In this document: positions 39,890-44,897 of the stretch, piece after piece
How the letters are laid out: every line of letters starts with the position of its first letter
Numbering within the stretch: the first letter of the stretch is position 1
Source: a virus
Taxonomy: Duplodnaviria; Heunggongvirae; Uroviricota; Caudoviricetes
IMG/VR virus record: IMGVR_UViG_2872688378_000003
Length of the DNA stretch: 44,897 bases
Reading direction: 5' to 3' (one strand)
The notes under the pieces: generated by a model
The model's input: only the letters and a program-made list of their open reading frames with translations
Databases searched by the model: none
What the model was told of the DNA's origin: nothing
Position numbers and translations under genes: made by a program

Positions 39890-40280
39890 CCATCAATCAC
39901 CAGATGCTTCGTGCAGCACAAAACAAAGCAGTAATAGCCCGATTTATTGGTGATTCAAAAATGTGGCTTGAAGCAAATAAAGCGATGAAATCAGCTATCA
40001 ACCTTCCGTGGTATCGCAGGAAATGAGTTTTACAGATAACTGGTCAGACGAAGAATTCATTCGTCAGATGAAAGAATTAATCGATAACGAAGGAGATATT
40101 CATGTCACTTGCAACCACAGTGAAGGAGAGCAAGTTACAGAGGCGCATGTACACGCAGAAAGCTCTCTGGTATCGCCATAATGGTAACCGCGAAGGAATG
40201 CGGGTATGCCTTAATTTGTCCAGAGTCGAAGTATTAAATCAGCGTTATTTCCTTGGGCCGTGTCCATTCTGAGGTGAATT

Positions 40281-40988
40281 ATGGATTTGAATAAATTCGA
40301 TGAGCCATTCAGCCCTGAAGATATCGAATGGCGAATACAGCAAAGCGGTAAAACACGCGATGGCAAAGTGTGGGCTATGGTGCTGGCTTATGTCACGAAC
40401 CGGGCAATCATGAAACGCCTGGACGATGTTTGCGGCAAAGCAGGATGGCGCAATGAATACCGCGATATTCCCAACAACGGCGGAGTTGAATGCGGCATAT
40501 CAATAAAGATTGATTCCGAATGGGTAACCAAATGGGATGCTGCTGAAAACACGCAGGTAGAAGCCGTCAAAGGTGGTCGTTCCGGTGCAATGAAGCGCGC
40601 TGCCGTTCAGTGGGGAATCGGTCGGTATCTGTATAACCTTGAGGAAGGTTTCGCACAAACATCTCTCGATAAAAAGCAGGGATGGCACAGGGCAAAACTC
40701 AAGGATGGAACAGGATTTTACTGGCTCCCTCCATCGCTGCCGGGATGGGCAATACCAGCATCAGATAACAAACCATCACCAGAAAATACCAACCAGAAAT
40801 CTCCATCGGTTGACTGCGAACAAATCCTGAAAGACTTCAGCGATTATGCGTCAACAGAAACTGACAAGAAAAAACTCATCGAGCGTTATCAGCGTGACTG
40901 GCAATTAATGGCTGGAAACGAGGAGGCGCAGGCTAAATGCGTTCAGGTAATGAACATCAGAGTTAACGAGCTAAAACAGGCGGCATAA
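40281..40988 (+). CDS. Rad52/Sak-family single-strand annealing recombinase
   Basis: N-terminal region with ...AMKRAAVQWGIGRYLYNL... signature; sits where lambda has bet. Confidence 0.65.
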   Translation: MDLNKFDEPFSPEDIEWRIQQSGKTRDGKVWAMVLAYVTNRAIMKRLDDVCGKAGWRNEYRDIPNNGGVECGISIKIDSEWVTKWDAAENTQVEAVKGGRSGAMKRAAVQWGIGRYLYNLEEGFAQTSLDKKQGWHRAKLKDGTGFYWLPPSLPGWAIPASDNKPSPENTNQKSPSVDCEQILKDFSDYASTETDKKKLIERYQRDWQLMAGNEEAQAKCVQVMNIRVNELKQAA

Positions 40989-41462
40989 ATGGCAATCAGA
41001 GGCGTAAATAAGGTGATCATTATTGGTCGCCTTGGGCATGATCCAGAAATCAGATATTCACCATCAGGAACGGCATTTGCAAACCTTACAGTTGCTACGT
41101 CAGAACAATGGCGTGATAAGCAAACTGGAGAGCAAAAGGAGCAGACGGAGTGGCACCGTGTGGTAATGAGCGGGAAACTGGCAGAAATTGCCAGCGAATA
41201 TCTGCGAAAAGGCTCTGAGGTTTATCTTGAAGGCAAATTGCGGACAAGAAAATGGCAGGATCAAAGCGGACAGGATCGGTTCACTACCGAAGTCATCGTG
41301 GGCGTTGGTGGAACCATGCAAATGCTTGGTGGCAAGCAAGGAGGAAATGAACAGTCTTCACCTCAGCGAAATGACGGTCAGCAACAAAGACAGCAACCTC
41401 AGCAGCAAGGGAATCACAGCGAACCACCTATGAACTTCGACGATTCGGATATTCCGTTCTAG
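40989..41462 (+). CDS. ssb: Single-stranded DNA-binding protein
   Basis: OB-fold N-terminus ...[19 protein letters not shown]...[50 protein letters not shown]..., Gln/Gly-rich linker and acidic tail DDSDIPF. Confidence 0.9.
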   Translation: MAIRGVNKVIIIGRLGHDPEIRYSPSGTAFANLTVATSEQWRDKQTGEQKEQTEWHRVVMSGKLAEIASEYLRKGSEVYLEGKLRTRKWQDQSGQDRFTTEVIVGVGGTMQMLGGKQGGNEQSSPQRNDGQQQRQQPQQQGNHSEPPMNFDDSDIPF

Positions 41463-41471
41463 GAGCTGAAT

Positions 41472-41951
41472 ATGAAAGTCTGCTCAAGATGCCATCAACA
41501 GAAGGAAGAAAGGGACTTTCAAATCAGAAGAGCATCCAGAGATGGATTAACTGCCGCTTGCCGGGCTTGCCTGGCTGAATACGACAAAGAACGCGCTGGA
41601 TTGCCACATCGAGTATCAGCAAGGAGAGAATATCAATCATCGGAACGCGGAAGAGAACGGTGTAACGCAGCCAAAAAGCGGTTCATTCAGAGCAACCCAT
41701 GGAAAAGAAAAGCCCACATCATTGTGGGTAATTTTTTGCGCGACGGTAAGCTAATCCGACCACCACAATGTGAGTGCTGCGGATCAGAATGTAAACCACA
41801 GGCGCACCACTGCGACTACAGCAAACCAACCGATGTGATGTGGCTCTGCAAGTCATGTCATGTCGAGTGGCACAAACATAACAAACCTATCTACCCAGAC
41901 GAGGAACCAGTAACTCTCCCCTTCCCTCGTCACGCTATTCACGCAATTTAA
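41472..41951 (+). CDS. Cys-rich zinc-binding protein, possible HNH-type nuclease
   Basis: Paired CxxC motifs (CSRC, CRAC, CECCGSEC, CKSCH) and HH...WH arrangement reminiscent of the HNH fold. Confidence 0.45.
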   Translation: MKVCSRCHQQKEERDFQIRRASRDGLTAACRACLAEYDKERAGLPHRVSARREYQSSERGRERCNAAKKRFIQSNPWKRKAHIIVGNFLRDGKLIRPPQCECCGSECKPQAHHCDYSKPTDVMWLCKSCHVEWHKHNKPIYPDEEPVTLPFPRHAIHAI

Positions 41952-41964
41952 TCAGGAGAAAATC

Positions 41965-42258
41965 ATGCCAGCGCCTCTGTATGGTGCGGATGACCCGCGC
42001 CGCTGTTCCGGCAATTCCGTATCGGAGGTGCTGGATAAATTCAGAAAAAACTACGACCTGATAATGTCGCTACCGCAGGAAACGAAAGAGGAAAAGGAAT
42101 TTCGCCATTGTATATGGCTTGCAGAGAAAGAAGAACGCGAGCGAATTTACCAGACATCAATCCGACCATTCCGCAAAGCCACATATACCCACTTCCCTGA
42201 AATTGACCCGCGCCTGCGTAATTACCGCTCACGCTATGGCGCTATCAGTAATGACTGA
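41965..42258 (+). CDS. Hypothetical protein (97 aa)
   Basis: ORF in co-directional pL operon. Confidence 0.45.
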   Translation: MPAPLYGADDPRRCSGNSVSEVLDKFRKNYDLIMSLPQETKEEKEFRHCIWLAEKEERERIYQTSIRPFRKATYTHFPEIDPRLRNYRSRYGAISND

Positions 42259-42268
42259 GGAATTTACC

Positions 42269-42436
42269 ATGAGAGGACTTGCATACAATCCAGGAATTCT
42301 TCCGGCAGAAATGATTATTCGCCAACGCGTAAAGCCAATGCCATCGAGAGAGGAATTGCTTAAGAGAAAGAGTTTCGGTTCTGTTAATGACAACAAATAT
42401 CTGAATGCGATGTTGCGCAAAGGAGGCAAGCAGTGA
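42269..42436 (+). CDS. Hypothetical small protein (55 aa)
   Basis: Internal ATG of ORF 42119..42436 with SD GAGG upstream; upstream part of that ORF overlaps the preceding gene. Confidence 0.35.
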   Translation: MRGLAYNPGILPAEMIIRQRVKPMPSREELLKRKSFGSVNDNKYLNAMLRKGGKQ

Positions 42437-42732
42437 GTGTATGTCTTATTGATAAACGTCGACGTGGGCAACAAATACCATCTGTTGGAATGCCGAATCA
42501 CACATGGTTTTGCGTACTTGATATCGATGGTATGGATGCGTTGGTTGACACTCGTCATTACTGCGATACCGCAACAGCTACTCCTGCAAAAGCAAAGAAA
42601 ATGGCTGCTCTGATAGAAAACTGGACTCCACCTGATGGTTGGTGCAATGGGAATGATCGAGATTGGCACGAAAAAATGAAGGGCTATATCTGCGATTTCT
42701 TACGTAAATGCAACGGCTTCAGGGTGATGTGA
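42433..42732 (+). CDS. Hypothetical protein (99 aa)
   Basis: ORF with 4-nt overlap to upstream gene. Confidence 0.45.
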   Translation: MSVCLIDKRRRGQQIPSVGMPNHTWFCVLDIDGMDALVDTRHYCDTATATPAKAKKMAALIENWTPPDGWCNGNDRDWHEKMKGYICDFLRKCNGFRVM

Positions 42733-42733
42733 T

Positions 42734-43510
42734 ATGACCAAAATTAACTATCAGGCACTGCGTGAAGCGGCAGAAAAAGCAACGTGTGGTGAGTGGTCGC
42801 TCGAATATGGAGAAAGCCGATTTGATGGTGATGATGCGCTAATTCATCGTGAAGTTGCTGGATATATTCCTATTTGCAGAATTGAAGGAGCGCATCCTGA
42901 AAGCGGTTTCGATGAAGATTTCCAAATGGAACAGCAGGCCAATGCTGAATTCATCGCTGCAGCCAATCCGGCTACCGTGCTGGCACTGCTGGATGAACGG
43001 GAAAGAAACCAGCAATACATCAAACGACGCGACCAGGAGAACGAGGAAATTGCGCTAACGGTAGGGAAGCTGCGTGTTGAGCTGGAAGCCGCAGAGAACA
43101 ACCTTATTGATAGTGAGTGCCATGTTGCTGAACTGGAAGAAGCGTTACGCGATAAGCAGGCGTTACTTGAAGCATCAGAGAAGCGCATAGCAGAACTGGA
43201 AGCCGAACCTGTAAGCCAGGCTTACAAGTTGAACGCGCTGGATGGCAACTCTCCGGTAACTCCGGATGGTTGGGTCATGGTGCCGAAGAGACTAACAGCC
43301 GAGAACGGCGCTAAGGGTGTGCTATCCGGTGAATTTTCAGAAACTACGTTTATAAGCTGCCCGGAATGCTTTGGTGATGATGATTGCGAAACTTGTGACT
43401 GTAGCGGGAGAATCGAAATCAAGGTTCCAGTCAGTTGGACAACTATCAAAACTATTTGGGCTAAAGGGTGTGAGCACTTTTCAATAGTAGCACCGCAGCA
43501 AGATGGGTGA
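42734..43510 (+). CDS. Ead/Ea22-like protein
   Basis: N-terminus MTKINYQALREAAEKATCGEWS typical of the Ea22-like family as recalled; central coiled-coil-like region. Confidence 0.55.
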   Translation: MTKINYQALREAAEKATCGEWSLEYGESRFDGDDALIHREVAGYIPICRIEGAHPESGFDEDFQMEQQANAEFIAAANPATVLALLDERERNQQYIKRRDQENEEIALTVGKLRVELEAAENNLIDSECHVAELEEALRDKQALLEASEKRIAELEAEPVSQAYKLNALDGNSPVTPDGWVMVPKRLTAENGAKGVLSGEFSETTFISCPECFGDDDCETCDCSGRIEIKVPVSWTTIKTIWAKGCEHFSIVAPQQDG

Positions 43511-43594
43511 TGAAAACAAGTATTTATAACTTAAAAGCATTAAAAAATCGCTTATAGATCAAAAGAAATCTACGTCAAATATTACTATATTTCA

Positions 43595-43879
43595 ATGTGT
43601 TATAATTACCCCGTACATAAAATGGGGGGACACAAAATGTTCAAACGCTGCATCACCAAGTGTGGAAGCACACCTGACATCCAAGCTTTTATTAATGAAG
43701 ATGGTAAGCTTGTTGTTGAGAGGAGTGGTCCTTTTATTAGCAAACAACTTATCATTACCTCTCCAGCGGAGATGGCCGGAGAATGGATAGTTTCTGAACC
43801 AGAGGAGTTGCACATCCCGCTTCCTTATGGCCCTCAGGGACTGATTTATAACCGTTATGTTCAGAAGGAGGCGGGTTGA
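43595..43879 (+). CDS. Hypothetical protein with its own promoter (about 80 aa from ATG 43637)
   Basis: Extended -10 TGtTATAAT at 43598-43606 and SD GGGGGGA before ATG at 43637. Confidence 0.45.
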   Translation: MCYNYPVHKMGGHKMFKRCITKCGSTPDIQAFINEDGKLVVERSGPFISKQLIITSPAEMAGEWIVSEPEELHIPLPYGPQGLIYNRYVQKEAG

Positions 43880-44157
43880 CAATGTCAGGCATAACATCGC
43901 CGAGAAATCGAAAGAAAAACAGAACAAGGTAAACGTTGACCTTGCAGCATCAGGCATGGAGTACAGAGAGCGCCTTAACATACCTGTTATCACTGAGCAG
44001 GTATCATGAGAGCAACCTGAGCACTCACGCGAGTATTTCATGGAGCGCATCAGATACTATCGCGAGCAGTCGTTAAACATGCCCAAGGGAAGCAACCCAT
44101 GGTATATCGATATGGATGAACAGAACGCCAAGAAGTAAACGCAATTTGAACGAATGC

Positions 44158-44216
44158 GAACCCGCCGAGTGCGGGTTTTCTTTTATCTGAACTCGCTACG
44201 GCGAGTTTTGTTTTAT
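44158..44216 (+). terminator. Tandem rho-independent terminators
   Basis: AACCCGC-cgagt-GCGGGTT + TTTTCTTTTAT, then AACTCGC-tacg-GCGAGTT + TTTGTTTTAT. Confidence 0.7.
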
Positions 44217-44227
44217 GGAGACAAGAA

Positions 44228-44572
44228 ATGTCAGATTTGGCTATGAAGGTTTTGAAATGGCAATCGACTGGCGATGTCGGCATCAGTAGCGCAACTCTTG
44301 CCTCAATCGCATGTGGACTGAAAAAGAATATCTATGGTCATCACTTCGGCGCTCCACATGATGCAGCCGATTTCCGACGATGCGTTGCGCTTGTCGAGCA
44401 GATTCCAGAAATCAGGGATTCATTCGACAAGGTTGCAAAGCGCGTTCCGGCATTCAAAGGCATCCTCAACGAATGGGATTCTCTCGTTGCTCTGTTGAAG
44501 TCTGAAATGAAGATACACGGAAACAAAGCACCAGAGACTTACAGAAGAATCAGCGAGCTACGCAAGGACTAA
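44228..44572 (+). CDS. Hypothetical protein (114 aa)
   Basis: ORF with SD GGAG 11 nt upstream of ATG, directly after tandem terminators. Confidence 0.5.
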   Translation: MSDLAMKVLKWQSTGDVGISSATLASIACGLKKNIYGHHFGAPHDAADFRRCVALVEQIPEIRDSFDKVAKRVPAFKGILNEWDSLVALLKSEMKIHGNKAPETYRRISELRKD

Positions 44573-44696
44573 CCACAGTCTCACACTCGATGAGGCCTGT
44601 TCATTTCTAAAGATATCCAGACCTACCATTGCTGCATCAATGCGGCTTTTTATTGCCTGATTTGCAGGTTCGATTCCATATTCGGAGATAGCACTC

Positions 44697-44897
44697 ATGC
44701 AACACGAACTACAGCCTGATTCACTGGTTGATTTGAAATTCATCATGGCCGATACTGGCTTCGGTAAAACCTTCATCTATGACCGGATTAAGTCCGGCGA
44801 CCTGCCAAAAGCCAAAGTTATCCACGGGCGAGCAAGATGGTTATATCGTGACCATTGTGAATTCAAAAATAAGCTCTTAAGCCGCGCCAATGGGTAA
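44697..44897 (+). CDS. torI: AlpA-family excisionase / recombination directionality factor (TorI-like)
   Basis: 66-aa translation MQHELQPDSLVDLKFIMADTGFGKTFIYDRIKSGDLPKAKVIHGRARWLYRDHCEFKNKLLSRANG matches TorI as recalled; stop at window end. Confidence 0.65.
   Translation: MQHELQPDSLVDLKFIMADTGFGKTFIYDRIKSGDLPKAKVIHGRARWLYRDHCEFKNKLLSRANG

Overview
The window reads as an Enterobacteriaceae (E. coli-like) chromosome segment: the right end of an IS1 element, a probable IS1-truncated ORF, mlaA, yfdC and tRNA-Arg(CCU) argW, followed by about 42 kb of a seemingly intact prophage integrated at argW that runs to the window edge (attR not visible). The prophage is a mosaic. It has an IntS-type integrase at the left end and a TorI/AlpA-type excisionase at the right end. 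Its immunity, late-regulation and lysis genes look essentially lambda (cI, cro, OR, OL/pL, nutL/nutR, rexAB, N, Q, pR', S, R, Rz/Rz1, several nin genes). Replication uses an O-like initiator with in-gene iterons plus a DnaB-type helicase. Morphogenesis (terminase, portal, capsid, sheath/tube, tape measure, baseplate hub/spike/J, tail fibre/Tfa) is a Mu-like contractile-tail module on the minus strand. Candidates for undescribed biology are accessory insertions: (1) a tightly coupled two-gene cassette with its own AT-rich upstream region and terminator, inserted between baseplate hub and spike genes, next to a small signal-peptide protein; (2) a low-GC gene set immediately downstream of N; (3) an independently promoted small-ORF unit near the excisionase end; (4) an accessory region between the lysis cassette and terminase. 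A likely programmed -1 frameshift in the tail assembly chaperone is also visible. All protein identifications rest on recalled similarity and motif reading, not on searches; several start codons given by the ORF track are probably too far upstream and are noted per feature.
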